A stretch of 64,000 bases of DNA. Origin: Amphiscolops sp. MND2022. Lineage: Eukaryota. Position 1 is the stretch's first letter, and each line of letters opens with the position of its first letter. This document shows positions 1-11,562 of this stretch, piece after piece. Location of the stretch: contig OZ076409.1 of assembly GCA_964187785.1 (NCBI GenBank), forward strand, positions 40,426,001 through 40,490,000. The letters run 5' to 3'. The position numbers and the translations under genes were made by a program. The notes under the pieces are model-generated. The model saw only the letters and a program-made list of their open reading frames with translations. It was not told where the DNA came from and ran no database searches.

Positions 1-29
1 GTACGTGCACGGCATACACCCCAGTTCCT

Positions 30-1376
30 GTGCATGCCAACATAGATGGCGTGGACATGAAATTTGATGCTAGCGTGGTAGTAGATGTGTTCCCTCAAGG
101 AGTGTGTCTAGGGCCACATGAACTCCGCTGCTATAGCATCAGCAAGCAAGAGCCCACAGGTGAGGCCCGCATAGATGAGCGTGCGTCGCTCGTAGTATCT
201 TTTGCAGTGCCAGATGCCAACCCTATTCCACTGAGAGGAATGGTCGACACGTGATCAGGCGTATCAATCATGAGTTTCTCAGCCTTCAACCGTGTAGCCT
301 TGCGGACAGGTGTAGCGCTACAACCTTATCGAATCGACTTGTATGCTGCTAATGGGAAGACGATAAAAACGTTTGGAATAGCGGAGCGTGTGCGCTTCCA
401 ACTTGGTGGATATGAACTCGAAACAAATTTCGTGGTCGTTGATGACGCACATGGCTTGGAAGATTTCTTGCTGGGTAGGAATTTTCTGCGAACATACAAC
501 GTGCTGGTAGATCTGACCTCCATGAAAATTGTGGTGCGAGCACCGGCTAAGCCTGTGTGGCATCACGCACACACCCAGACGAGTGACGAAGCTTTATCCA
601 GCACAGTAGTCTTGGATCAAGACGTAGTGCTCCAGCCATTTGAACGTGCTGTTTTACGAGCTAAGTTGGTCACTTCGAACTTGGAAGCTTTCGCTTTCAG
701 TAATGTTGTGATTAACTTTGCAACACCGAACCGATTGCTGAAGAACACTATATTCGTGGAAGACACTATAGCCACTGTTGGAGAGACAGGTTCGTTCTAT
801 GTCTCTGTTGGCAATCTGACAAGCAATGCCCAGAAAGTGAAGTGCGGCACCATGCTTGGTACTGCTGCACCAGTACGCCTAGTCTACCATGCAGTTCCCC
901 AATGTGTGCTAGCGCATAAAGGCGAGAGTGACGAAAAATCGGACTCCCCGAATGAGTTCGTCAACAGGGTCTATTCTGAAATGGACCTGAACTCACATTC
1001 AAGATGTTCGTCGTCGTCGGAGTTCGTGTTTCTCTCCTCTACAGACCCATCGGAGGAGGGGTTGTCAGAACGCGAGATCAGAAAGCGCACTGACCCTGAT
1101 CTCTTGGCCCCTATTCCTGGACCCGAATCTCAGTTAGAGGAGGTACAAAAGTTGTGGGGACAGACTGCCCGCGACTCGCTGAACAACATCCTAACGGAAT
1201 TTGATGACCTATTCATGAAGCACAAAGCAGACATTGGTCGCTGCACAATAGCCAAGCATCCTGTTGAGTTGGAGCCTGGGGCTGTACCGCATCGTGAAGG
1301 TGCTCGTAGAATGTCTCCTGACAAGGCGGAGCGCGCCAATCAAGAAGTACGCGCAATCTCCTGGCTTTGGGCATGA
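30..1376 (+). pseudogene. pol: Element A pol 5' part: aspartic protease and post-protease region, disrupted
   Basis: RGMVDT*SGVSI is the DTG active site with GGA>TGA at 252-254; LLGRNFL second protease motif; 2-bp GC duplication at ~1351-1354 shifts frame (expected EVRNLLALGMIQ). Confidence 0.85.
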
Positions 1377-4300
1377 TCCAACCTTCGCTATCACCTTGGG
1401 CGAGTGGGATTGTGATGGTAAAAAAGAAAAATGGGGAGTTGCTATTCTGTTGCGACTTTCGCCCCCTCAACGCTGTCACAATAAAGGATGCGTATCCCCT
1501 CCCACGCATCGATGAAAGCCTTTCACGCTTGGGTAAGGCCAAGATTTACACCAGTATTGATTTGGCCAGGGCTTTCTGGCAGATACCAGTGCGCAAAGCA
1601 GATAGGCAGAAAACGGCCTTTGCCTGCGAGCTGGGTTTGTTTGAGTGGAGACGTATGCCCTTTGGGATGTGTAACGCTTCAGCTACTTTCCAGCGAGCCA
1701 TAGCGCGAGCGCTACGGAAAATTGTGAACCGTGAAGGAAGCATGGTGATGGCGTACATTGACGACATCGTCATTGCTACCGAGACAGTCGAGGACCACAT
1801 GGTACGCTTACGCGAGGTATTTGAATGTCTGCGCGAAGCTGGCTCCAAAATGAGAGTCGGTAAGTGCGACTTAATGAAGTCGGAAATCAAGTACCTGGGA
1901 CGTGTGGTCTCTGCCGAAGGTATCAAACCTGATCCTAAAGCAGTGGCAAAACTACGCGATTGGGAAGTACCGAGGAACAAAACGGAGATGCAAAGCTTTT
2001 TGGGCTTCGCCAACTATTATCGAGAGTTCATTCCCTGGCATGCCAAGCTTGTGGCCCCCTTGCATGCTATTACCGGCCTGGGCGCAACTTTCGCCTGGGG
2101 GGATGAGCAGCAACAGGCTTTCAACGCCGTCAAATTGGCTTTGATTGAGGCAACTGCCTTGGCGCAACCGGACTCGGAGGGCGAATTTGTGCTGGACACT
2201 GATGCCAGTGCTGTTGCAATTTCCGGCATTTTGCATCAGTGGCAGGGTCCTCCGGGCGAAAAGCGCCTGAGACCAATTGTGTATGGTAGCAAGAAGTTGA
2301 ATGCCACTCAAGCGAAGTATGGCGCTTCCAAGCTTGAAATGTACGCAGCTTATTATTTCATCTTGAAGAATCACAGTTATCTCTGCTCCAGAAAGTTCAC
2401 CCTTCGGGTTGACAATCAAGCTCTCTCTTGGCTCAAAACGTATTCCACTGATCAGGCCTTGATTGGACGATGGATTATGGCACTCGAGAAGTACCATTTC
2501 AAAGTGGAGCATCGTCCCAGGACACAGCATAGGAATGCCGATGGCCTCAGTAAACGAACCAATGATTATCGTTGGCGAGAGAAGCAGCTCGAGAAGCTGC
2601 CAGCTGTGACAGACAAATGGAATTTCCTCTCACAGGAGGAGTTTGACCAGCTGCCCGTTGCACCTTGGTTCGATTTGCATGGTCGGGTGATACCCAATCA
2701 CCCCCAATTGCCCGCTCACTTGCGGAACACTAAACCAGACCCCACAAATGCAGTTTGTCGTGTTGCACGACGGCGTAAGCGCCGTCAGGCCGCTGAGAAA
2801 AGGGAGAGGGCGCTACGCGCTCCTCTACCTGAGGCACCAGTGCCTACATTGCAAGCTCACGAAGACTTCTATCCAGATTATCCTGAGGACTGGATTGACG
2901 TCACTGAAGAGGCTAGGCAAGATTACTTGCTGCCTACACATGTGGCAAATATCCCCTCACGCATGACATATGCCCTTGACGAAACAGTGGAGCAAGCCAT
3001 GGCTTCCGCCCCAACGGTGGTTAGGCAAGCTGCCCTAGCCATCAAAGACTTAGACACGGAACTTCATGAACATGCCAACACGGTGCATGGCATCAAGGAT
3101 CTGCTTTTGGCGCAGAATCGTGATGTGCATGTTCTAGCCATAAAGAAGTTGGTAGCACAAGAGTCTATTGATCATGACGTTTTTCCTGACGACGTGCGTG
3201 CGTTCGCACGTAACTATTACAAGCAGAAAAAAGATCTCCTGTTTGTGAACCAAAATGGAATTCTTTGTGTTGAGTATCCACCTCAGCAACGTCCACTGCA
3301 CGAACGTCCGTGCATGATTGTAATGCCACAATTGTACCAGCATGAAATTTTGTTTCGTGCTCATGATGCCATGGGCCACCAAGGCATTGCAAAGGTGGTT
3401 TCGCGAATCCAAGAACGCCACACCTGGCCAGGTATTCGCCGCAGTGTTGGTCAGTACGTGAGTCAGTGCCTCACGTGCCAGCAAGTACGTGACAGGCCGG
3501 GTGACGTTCGGTTTCACTTGAAAAACATCCAAAGTGGGTATTTCAATGAGTTGGTCCAGTATGACCATCTGAAAATATGCCCCTCCGATAACAATAACAC
3601 CGGCATATTGAAGATAATTAACCATTTCTCCAAGTTTGCGGAGGCTGTACCCTGCAGCCATGAGGATTACGATGCAGTGACCACGTCTAGGTTGCTTTTG
3701 CAGAAATGGTTTGCCAGACACGGCACGCCTACGCGGATGCAATCAGACAATGCCCCCAACTTGACCGCAGAGGTATCCAATGAGTTCATGAGGGCATCTC
3801 AGGTCACAAAAGTTACCTCTACGGCGGGTCATCCGCGCACCCAAGGCCTGGTTGAACGACAAAATCGGACTTTGCTGACTTTGTTGCGGGTATTTTGCTC
3901 GCGTCGCATGAGAGATTGGGACCAGCATTTGGATGAAGTCATGGGAGCGTATAACTCAACGCGCCATGCCACGACTGGGTTTTCACCCTACATGCTGACC
4001 CGAGGGACCGAAAAGGCAATTCCTCTCACCTATCTGTATCCGGAGTTCGCAGCCAGATTATTTGAATCGCATGGAGCTTATGTGGAGCATATTCTTGCTC
4101 GTCAGCAAGAAATTCATGACTTGGTGCGTAGAAACACGCATCAGGCGCAACAACGTCAAAAGCTAAAGTACGATCGAGCTATTCGTGCAAACGCATACAA
4201 TGTGGGAGACCCCGTTTGGGTATTCTGCCGCTATGTACCTCAAAAAGGATCACCGAAGTTGATGAGAGCTTGGCGTGGTCCGCACAAGGTTGTCCATGTA

Positions 4301-6712
4301 CTACAAGATGGCCGCGTGTATATCCTGGACTCAGGACAAAAAGTGCACTTTGAGCGTCTGAAACCTCATCACGGTGGCCCTACGGAGTTTGTTGCGCTTC
4401 CCTCGGGGAGTGGCGAAGTGGAGGTTGTCATGGATCCTGAGCCTGAGCACTCTGCTGAGGAGATCCGAGATGACTGCTCACAACCCTCATATCACGAGGA
4501 AGAACCGATCTCTGAAGCATCAGATGTATCGCTACCATCAAGGAGACGCCACTGGATGGACACCAGGTTGCGTACTAGAATGCGAGCTGGAGGCAGTCGT
4601 CTCCACTATCAGCAATTTGACTATTCCAGTTCCGACTCAGAGCGTTCGCGCTCTGACGACTTGCTGTCAGATGCCCGAGTTCATCCCCAGGAAGAACCTC
4701 CGGCGCTATTCGAAGCTTCAATGCCTCCCGATGATCAACCTCGGTCATTTAAACCTGCCAATGACTACGAGCTTCCATTTCTATCCGAATCTGAACTTAT
4801 TCCGGAAGTACCTCAATCGCAAGATATTCCCGTTGCAACTGGAGAAGATGAAGTATCACTAGCGGGTACATCTGCTCCTCTGTTGACAAATACTACATTG
4901 ACGGATGTGCCAATTAGTATTCCCCAATTGCCGAATGGTACCTCCAACCTCCAAAACACTGAAACCCGTGACACCGAGTTATCCAACACCAACGAGCCAA
5001 CTGCTCGGAACAATGTCCCTAGCACGCGTGGCAGGGGCAGATCGCGAGCTGCTTTATCCCGTTGTTCGACACGAGCAACAAATTCCCGGTCGCAGAACGT
5101 GAGCGTGCGCGTTCAAAGGACTCCCAGTCGCAGAGGACGTCCACGAGGACGACCTCCTCGGAGGCCACGAGGACACACTATTTCTTCACGGCAAACAGCT
5201 CGTGAAATTGACACACAGCCATCAATTACATCGGATTCTGACTCTGATGCGCCCACCGCGCAGCTTACAACCGATGTTGACCAAGGCGCAACGCAGGTTA
5301 ACCCACACTATGGCTTACGCCGGAATCGAGTACCTCGATATCGATGTGGAACCTGTGGGTTCCGCGATTGCACTTGTGTCATGGCTCTGAACAAATCGCC
5401 CACTATCCCACTTGGACCTGTGAAAGCTCCTGTGGATCCAAAGCCTCAACTTTTTATCCACAATGGTAAGCTTCTTATCAGTCGCGTTGTCATCCGCGCA
5501 GAGAAGACATACACCGGACTAGAAAGAGAACGTATCTTCCCAGTAGACGTCGTGCTGGAAGAATTATCTAAATCCAAGATTGCTGAGGAACCTTGTCCTC
5601 GCTTCAAGGAGTGGACAAGCGATCTCCGCGGATTGGAATTCACACTTGCCGTCACAGTGCCTCCTGTCACTCCTAACATTGTATTTGGACCTTTCAATTA
5701 TGAGAGGGAACCCATCCAAATGGTCCGCTGTATCACCGCTGACCTCCTATCTGACAAATACGGCATCACCTGTCAGCCTGGTGAAGTGTATCGCCCAGCC
5801 CAATATTGGTGGTTGCTTGTAACTGCCCCACATGCTCACTCTTTGGTCCAGCCTGACAGCTTGCGGAGCTGTCTAGAGAGTTTGCGGACTGTTGTCACTG
5901 AGGAACTCATTTTGTGCTTCCACATCGTCGATCTTTATCGTGGAAAACTACGGTTTCGATGGTGGCTAGAGCTGATTATCACTTTGTTCGCTAGCTTCCC
6001 TCGTATCCGCCTTTTGGATGATTGGACCCATTCCTTCACGGAGCCTGTAACGATCCACACTGCACTTGGTACCCTGGATTCATGGTCAACAGCAAATGTG
6101 GATAATCAGTCCCTGTCGAGGTCCGTATGGCAGGATCTATCTGCTATTCGTGGACAGAACCATATAGACCCAGCTGATGAAAAAGGTCCCGGACGTCAGA
6201 TCGTGTTTCCTGGTGCCCTACGACCAAATTTGGTCGACTACATTGTTTACGACCAAACTGATTTCTTGCAGGTGCAGGGCCACGTAGCAATTTGCTGCCC
6301 TGCAGACCTTAATACCAATTCTGCTGCCTTGCGCTACATTCTTCGCGAGTGTCGCAGCGACAAAGTATTCCAACTTCGCCCAACAGTTGGTGAAGTCCTA
6401 ACTATCCCATCCTCATTGTCTTTTATGGATAATCAAGTTGTTCACCTAATGATAACACGCCCCTCCCAGCGTTCACCACAAATCACCGATGACTTTTTCT
6501 TATGCTTGGAGCACTTGAAAGCTTCATTATTGTCCAACGAAACCCCTGATATTCACTTCCCTATAGTGGACCCTGAACGCCCACTTCGCAGTCTGGACAA
6601 TTTTTATCATAGTGTCATGGACGTTTTTGCAGGAACTGATATCACTGTATTTCTGCATGATCGCGTCTATGTCTCCATTGCCAGTATAGAACAATTTCCT
6701 GGCATCACTTAG
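1367..6712 (+). CDS. pol: Element A Pol: RT, RNase H, integrase, then long C-terminal extension with AT-hook-like motif, Cys cluster and two macrodomain-like units
   Basis: RT motifs (DAYPLPRID, MPFG, YIDD ~1754-1765); RNase H LDTDAS; IN HHCC (HDAMGH...CLTC) and D..D..E (QYDHL, SDNAP, LVERQN); RRGRPRGRPP; CGTCGFRDCTC. Confidence 0.9.
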   Translation: MGMIQPSLSPWASGIVMVKKKNGELLFCCDFRPLNAVTIKDAYPLPRIDESLSRLGKAKIYTSIDLARAFWQIPVRKADRQKTAFACELGLFEWRRMPFGMCNASATFQRAIARALRKIVNREGSMVMAYIDDIVIATETVEDHMVRLREVFECLREAGSKMRVGKCDLMKSEIKYLGRVVSAEGIKPDPKAVAKLRDWEVPRNKTEMQSFLGFANYYREFIPWHAKLVAPLHAITGLGATFAWGDEQQQAFNAVKLALIEATALAQPDSEGEFVLDTDASAVAISGILHQWQGPPGEKRLRPIVYGSKKLNATQAKYGASKLEMYAAYYFILKNHSYLCSRKFTLRVDNQALSWLKTYSTDQALIGRWIMALEKYHFKVEHRPRTQHRNADGLSKRTNDYRWREKQLEKLPAVTDKWNFLSQEEFDQLPVAPWFDLHGRVIPNHPQLPAHLRNTKPDPTNAVCRVARRRKRRQAAEKRERALRAPLPEAPVPTLQAHEDFYPDYPEDWIDVTEEARQDYLLPTHVANIPSRMTYALDETVEQAMASAPTVVRQAALAIKDLDTELHEHANTVHGIKDLLLAQNRDVHVLAIKKLVAQESIDHDVFPDDVRAFARNYYKQKKDLLFVNQNGILCVEYPPQQRPLHERPCMIVMPQLYQHEILFRAHDAMGHQGIAKVVSRIQERHTWPGIRRSVGQYVSQCLTCQQVRDRPGDVRFHLKNIQSGYFNELVQYDHLKICPSDNNNTGILKIINHFSKFAEAVPCSHEDYDAVTTSRLLLQKWFARHGTPTRMQSDNAPNLTAEVSNEFMRASQVTKVTSTAGHPRTQGLVERQNRTLLTLLRVFCSRRMRDWDQHLDEVMGAYNSTRHATTGFSPYMLTRGTEKAIPLTYLYPEFAARLFESHGAYVEHILARQQEIHDLVRRNTHQAQQRQKLKYDRAIRANAYNVGDPVWVFCRYVPQKGSPKLMRAWRGPHKVVHVLQDGRVYILDSGQKVHFERLKPHHGGPTEFVALPSGSGEVEVVMDPEPEHSAEEIRDDCSQPSYHEEEPISEASDVSLPSRRRHWMDTRLRTRMRAGGSRLHYQQFDYSSSDSERSRSDDLLSDARVHPQEEPPALFEASMPPDDQPRSFKPANDYELPFLSESELIPEVPQSQDIPVATGEDEVSLAGTSAPLLTNTTLTDVPISIPQLPNGTSNLQNTETRDTELSNTNEPTARNNVPSTRGRGRSRAALSRCSTRATNSRSQNVSVRVQRTPSRRGRPRGRPPRRPRGHTISSRQTAREIDTQPSITSDSDSDAPTAQLTTDVDQGATQVNPHYGLRRNRVPRYRCGTCGFRDCTCVMALNKSPTIPLGPVKAPVDPKPQLFIHNGKLLISRVVIRAEKTYTGLERERIFPVDVVLEELSKSKIAEEPCPRFKEWTSDLRGLEFTLAVTVPPVTPNIVFGPFNYEREPIQMVRCITADLLSDKYGITCQPGEVYRPAQYWWLLVTAPHAHSLVQPDSLRSCLESLRTVVTEELILCFHIVDLYRGKLRFRWWLELIITLFASFPRIRLLDDWTHSFTEPVTIHTALGTLDSWSTANVDNQSLSRSVWQDLSAIRGQNHIDPADEKGPGRQIVFPGALRPNLVDYIVYDQTDFLQVQGHVAICCPADLNTNSAALRYILRECRSDKVFQLRPTVGEVLTIPSSLSFMDNQVVHLMITRPSQRSPQITDDFFLCLEHLKASLLSNETPDIHFPIVDPERPLRSLDNFYHSVMDVFAGTDITVFLHDRVYVSIASIEQFPGIT

Positions 6713-6857
6713 CTTCAACGTAAATTTTTTTTGGTTAATTTTCTATTTGCTATCCTGATATCTCATGCTTGATACGCGGTGCTTGTTACTTTCTGGTAGC
6801 ATGCGTTGAAATCCATTGCCAAAACCACACTCCACTTCTTTTCAAGGGGGGAAGGGG

Positions 6858-7202
6858 TGTCTTCAACGCCCAATCCATCCTCTCGCATTTTCTTCGCATT
6901 TTTGTTAGTCATTGTTATCTTTAGATTAATGAAGGTGCTCAACGATTAAAGCCCGGGGAGCCCCAGTGCAATAAATAACACAAAAACTACATGTATTGCT
7001 ACGCCCGAAAGGTGCTATTTTTGTTTTTCTTTTCCAAGATTTCCAGAAGTTTCCTCCAGATTCCAACGTGATATCCGGAAAAATAAGGAGCGCGCGCGCT
7101 CCTGATCTGCAAATAGCAAGATTTGATCTACCTTTGTCTGCTTTACTCCTGCGCTTACTCTTACGAGCAGTTCGTAGTTAGCTTCTGATGCGCTCCTTGA
7201 CA
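6858..7202 (+). repeat. Putative 3' LTR of element A
   Basis: Starts TGTC immediately after PPT, contains AATAAA (~6969), candidate end TTGACA at 7202; no partner LTR in window to confirm the end. Confidence 0.5.
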
Positions 7203-8604
7203 GATGCTACTGAACTCTATACAGGTATGGAGCTGCATATCAGTGCGTGTTGCCCAAACCAAGCCGAACTGTACAAAAAAAAGTATAAAAGAAACAGCTT
7301 GTCTTCCTCTTAAACAGTAATTTTACTGCTGAAAAGAAGTTTTAGCGAAAATAACTTTTAACTGTGCTTCAGACTGAAATTTTATTGCCGTGGAAAAGAT
7401 GTTTTGCTGAGAACCACGTGCGCTTTGGAGCGTGAGCGCTCTGTAAAAGAAATTTCAGACGTCCAAAAACCAAAGTGCTAGCATGATCCCATTCAGACTT
7501 TTGCAGAAAACTCGTGCTAAAAAAAAGTGGTGCTTTTTTGATTGATGTATGGAATCTTGGATTTGATCAATTTCAAGGTGCATTTTTGAGTACTGGTTTT
7601 CTAGCTCTCGAGCTAGCTCTGTTTCAACAGTTTCTGGACGATGCAGGTTCTCTGGATGGCTAGAAGCAAGTCCTCATGGTTGCCCAATCAGCAAAAGATG
7701 ACAGTGCCACTGGACCGTTGCAACATCACCAGTTTGAGACCCCCATGGATTGCACTCATGATGTGGCGATGTATTTAAGGCCAGCCTCTCCGCATGACAG
7801 GGACGTCATGCATAAAGCCCGGGGAGTGATGTAACGGCAAGCTCTGGTACAGCAATATCAACCGATTTTGCAACTTTGACATGTTCAGAAATTTTGTCAA
7901 AAATTCTAATCCAATGTGTGACGTGGCACTGAGCATGTGATTGCTCTTTTCGCTGTTTCCACGAAATTGGCAGGTACTTCGACAACAAAGAGCAAGAACG
8001 AGCAAAAAGACGGGCGCGCCGCCATGACAGAAGCCAGAGACGGCAAGAACATCCGAAAATAGACTCTTTTTGAGGTGCTAACACCGGTTTTATCGATTTT
8101 CAGCATTATGCTACCCTATGTAGCGGAAACCGTAAAAATGAGTCTTTTCGCCTAAAGATCCTTGTTTGGTGCTTGGAGCCCCTGCGCCCCAGCTTTTTAG
8201 CTGTGTGGTTTGCCATATTCGTGCCTGTTTTCATGTATTTTCAGTGATTTTGGCTGTATTCAGTAGCGTTAGCGCTAGTTTAGATCTTATTCCCCAATTT
8301 TAGATCTTATTCACATGTCACCCTGGAACTGGAAATTTACCTTATTCTTGGCATTGTTTTTATATGCTAGTTAAGCGGTGGTCTTTAGAGAGCCAGAAAG
8401 ATGCCCGTTACTATTAGCAATCAAAGACTAGGACCGGTTGGACAGTATTCGTCGAAGCACCCGCGGCCCCGGGACGTATTTCACCCCTGGAGGCAAAATG
8501 GATCTGTGGCGATGGGCGCCTGTCCCGAGCGAATCACCCATTCCTGCAGGTTCCTCCACCTCTGTTAACGTGTTAAGCGACCGATAACTGCTTGCCGTTA
8601 CAAA

Positions 8605-8790
8605 TGAAAGGGGGGACCCTTTGAAGTAAAGTGTGCCTTGGGCGGACTTGGCCTCAGGTGCTCTGCGCAGAATTGTAAAAAGTGGACCGATCAGTGTGAG
8701 GATTGTAGTCTGAAGAAAAAAGAAAAAAAAGGTCACTGCTATAGTCGGGCATTTTTCCTTAAAAGGAAAACGCGCCGACTAAAAAATGAA
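8605..8790 (+). repeat. Dispersed repeat family, inverted diverged copy at ~38395-38575
   Basis: Shared GAAAGGGGGACCC...GGCGGACTTGGCCT...AAAAAGTGGACCGATCAGTG...GTCACTGC.ATAGTCGGGCATTTTTC; related GGGACCC-bearing fragments at ~18430-18800 and ~19210-19760. Confidence 0.7.
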
Positions 8791-9061
8791 GTGATAAAAA
8801 TAAGATTTTTCGTTTGCTGAGAAAATCAAAAATTATTCAATTTCATAAAATATTCTCTTCGCAATGACTTCAGAGAATATTCTAGTGATTTTTAGGGTTC
8901 CACCTGTCTTAGTATATTCTCTGGCAACATGCATACCATGGCAAGATCTCTGCAAGATAGTACCAAGATCTTGCGAAGTTCTTCCCAAGATATTAATTGA
9001 CGGTCAACCCGAGGAATAAATATGTCAGTATGATTCGATCATGTTCCATATTGTATTTTAG

Positions 9062-9181
9062 CGTTCAAATGCAGCAAGGATGGCGCGAACAGCGACAAAT
9101 GTATCTGTGCAAATGACGCCGATGCATCCACCTGTGATTGCCAGGCAGGTTATGCCACAGACGGAAATGGAGGCTGCACAA
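9062..9181 (+). CDS. Host EGF-like/SEA membrane protein, first visible exon (6-Cys module)
   Basis: tttag|...|gttag, phase 1-1, FKCSKDGANSDKCICANDADASTCDCQAGYATDGNGGCT. Confidence 0.8.
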
Positions 9182-9464
9182 GTTAGCTTTTAAATAGTCT
9201 AAATCACAATATTTTGAAATAATGGAGAAAGTAAATTCTCCCTCTCACTCGTTGCAAGTTTATTGGCTGAGTTCTGCTAAGTTTTTTTTAAAAGGGAGAG
9301 TCTTACAATAATGAAAAGTATGAAAAAGTAAGATGTTATAAAATTCAATCAGTTACCCATAATGCAAATACTGTTAGCTACTTAGGGATCATTTAAATTC
9401 CTCAGAAACTACTTTCATCCAAATTGTTATAATCGTTTTCTGACAATGATGTATTTTTTATCAG

Positions 9465-9779
9465 AATCGTGTTCTGTTGATGAGGACGACGAAAACTGTG
9501 TATTGGCCTCTGACACGTCCGTCAAATGCTATGGCAGTCCTGGCAGCGATGAAGGCAAAGTCTGTCAATGCAAAACAGGATATGCTGTCGATTACAACGA
9601 GAATACCAAAAAACGCGTTTGTGTTGAATTTTGTTTCTCAGAAGTAGTGGATCACCATCATTTCGACACTGCTGCTGAAATTTACAGCGATGAGGATAAA
9701 TGCACCTGCACGGCTGAAACGGACATCACCACCTGTGAATGTTTGGCTGGCTATGTCTTTTTCAATGGCATCTGCACAG
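9465..9779 (+). CDS. Host gene exon: two EGF-like Cys-rich modules
   Basis: tcag|...|gtgag, phase 1-1, CQCKTGY and CECLAGY EGF C-terminal motifs. Confidence 0.85.
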
Positions 9780-10792
9780 GTGAGCACCCTTGGATTATTC
9801 GTCACTGTATCAGGATCGTCACTGTATCTCAAAAATTGGCAAATGCCGAAAGCTTGTTGATCAAAATGAAATATATTGATAATCCATCTTGCTGATGAAA
9901 GTATATATCATGTAGATGGGACGATAAAGCGCAAAATTTTCTTCCTGCAAAAGAACTCAAAATTTGGCTACACATTGTGAATGAGGGTTGGGATGGTACG
10001 TTTTAGATGTAAGTGGGGTTTAAACACATTTTACTTTCTTGTCGCGTGGTGGGGTCTCGTTTTTCGTGGATGCTCACCCATTGATTCTAGTCTTCTATTG
10101 ATCAATATGACAAAACTTTTGTCTGCTCCAGAACCAAGTAGCCTTTAAAAATAATGCTCAGTAAAAGGTCAATTCTTTTAGACAGAAAAAAAGAAAAAAT
10201 ATGTGCGCGAATATTGTCTAAAAGGAATAACGTCTAAAATTCAATGTTCCAAGATATGGAATGATCATGGCTTGGCTTTAGACGTTGTTCCTAATTTGCA
10301 TTTGGATGTTATTCCTTAGACATTATTCCCGCTCGCCACAGCGGCCGTTCATTCTCGATGGCCAAAACTCCAAGGGGATTGTTTGATATCATTCATATTT
10401 TTGTAATTACTTAGATGAAAAAAGGAATATTCAGCACCCCAGATACACTTTAGGTCTGGGGCTAACTCTGGATGAAATTCGGACTTAAGTCCCGTGAACC
10501 TTTGCAAACATAAAGAAAGTTTTAATACATCGCGGCATTTGAACCCACGTACTCCTGCTTTCCAGCCACAGACACATAGATACTCGCGGTAACCAACAGG
10601 CCAAATAGAAATTACTCATCAACCTACGACGCTTGGCCATTAGTCTCAAGCAGAGTAATGGACATTTTTTTAGTTTGAAAAAAGCTCGACCGTGAAGTAA
10701 CTTCAAAAATAGATTTTCCATTTGTTCAATAAAACGAAAAACAAGAACATCATTGCTTCCATTTGATATCTGATTTGTTTACGATGTTTCAG

Positions 10793-10927
10793 CAAAGTGT
10801 TCTGCTGCGGGAGATAATTGTGTGAGTGAATTAACCAACTTGACGCCTTGTAAAAACAGCGACCAAAACTGCTTCTGCAAGCCAGGCTACCAAGCGGTGA
10901 TACAAGGTGGATTGGTCAACTGTGAGC
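10793..10927 (+). CDS. Host gene exon: EGF-like module
   Basis: ttcag|...|gtacg, phase 1-1, KCSAAGDNC...CFCKPGY...NCE. Confidence 0.8.
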
Positions 10928-11218
10928 GTACGTATCTTCAAAACCGATGTTTCAAAACACAATCAATAGAACGCAGGTTTTTACAAAATATCCAAGGTCA
11001 AAAAATTTCATAAATTTTACTTACCTTCAGATTGGCAAATTTTAAAGTTCTCGCAAGATTGCTTGAAGCCAATATAATTTTTGCATGAGGCTTGTAAAGC
11101 AATGGTCTTACAAGGCTCATACAAAAATTGCATCGACTTTAAGCAATCTTGAGGAAACGATAGTTGAATGTGTTGAGTTGTATAAACCTTGCAAGTTGCT
11201 TGCTACAGTGGAAAGAAT

Positions 11219-11562
11219 GTGGAAAGAATGGAAAATCCAAAGCTTCTCCAGTCACTATTAGTGATCCATTTGTTTCGTTCAATGATCTCACCAAATTTTG
11301 CATTATTTGGTGCGAAAATGTCCATGTTACATTGCAAAGTTTTAAAAATGACTGTAGAAACAATTCTTTCAAGGCCAAAAAATCTATCGATCGATAGACT
11401 TTTTGGCCTTGAAAGAATTGTTTCTACAGTCATTTTTAAAACTTTGCAATGTAACATGGACATTTTCGCACCAAATAATGCAAAGTTTGGTGAGATCATT
11501 GAACGGGACAAATGGATCACTAATAGTGACTGGAGAACCTTTCTATTTTCCATTCTTTCCAC
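11219..11562. repeat. 344-bp spacer-free palindrome (fold-back)
   Basis: Arms mirror about 11390/11391 (ATCGA|TCGAT) with a handful of mismatches. Confidence 0.95.

Larger units (their letters stand above)
1..7202 (+). mobile_element. Ty3/Gypsy LTR retrotransposon (element A), 5'-truncated by window edge, disabled copy
   Basis: PR-RT-RNaseH-IN domain order; PPT AAGGGGGGAAGGGG at 6844-6857 followed by TGTC; 3' end inferred. Confidence 0.9.

Noticed and set aside
1130..5822. Short overlapping and antisense ORFs within element A pol
   Set aside because: Shadow ORFs of a long GC-balanced coding region; no motifs or splice logic
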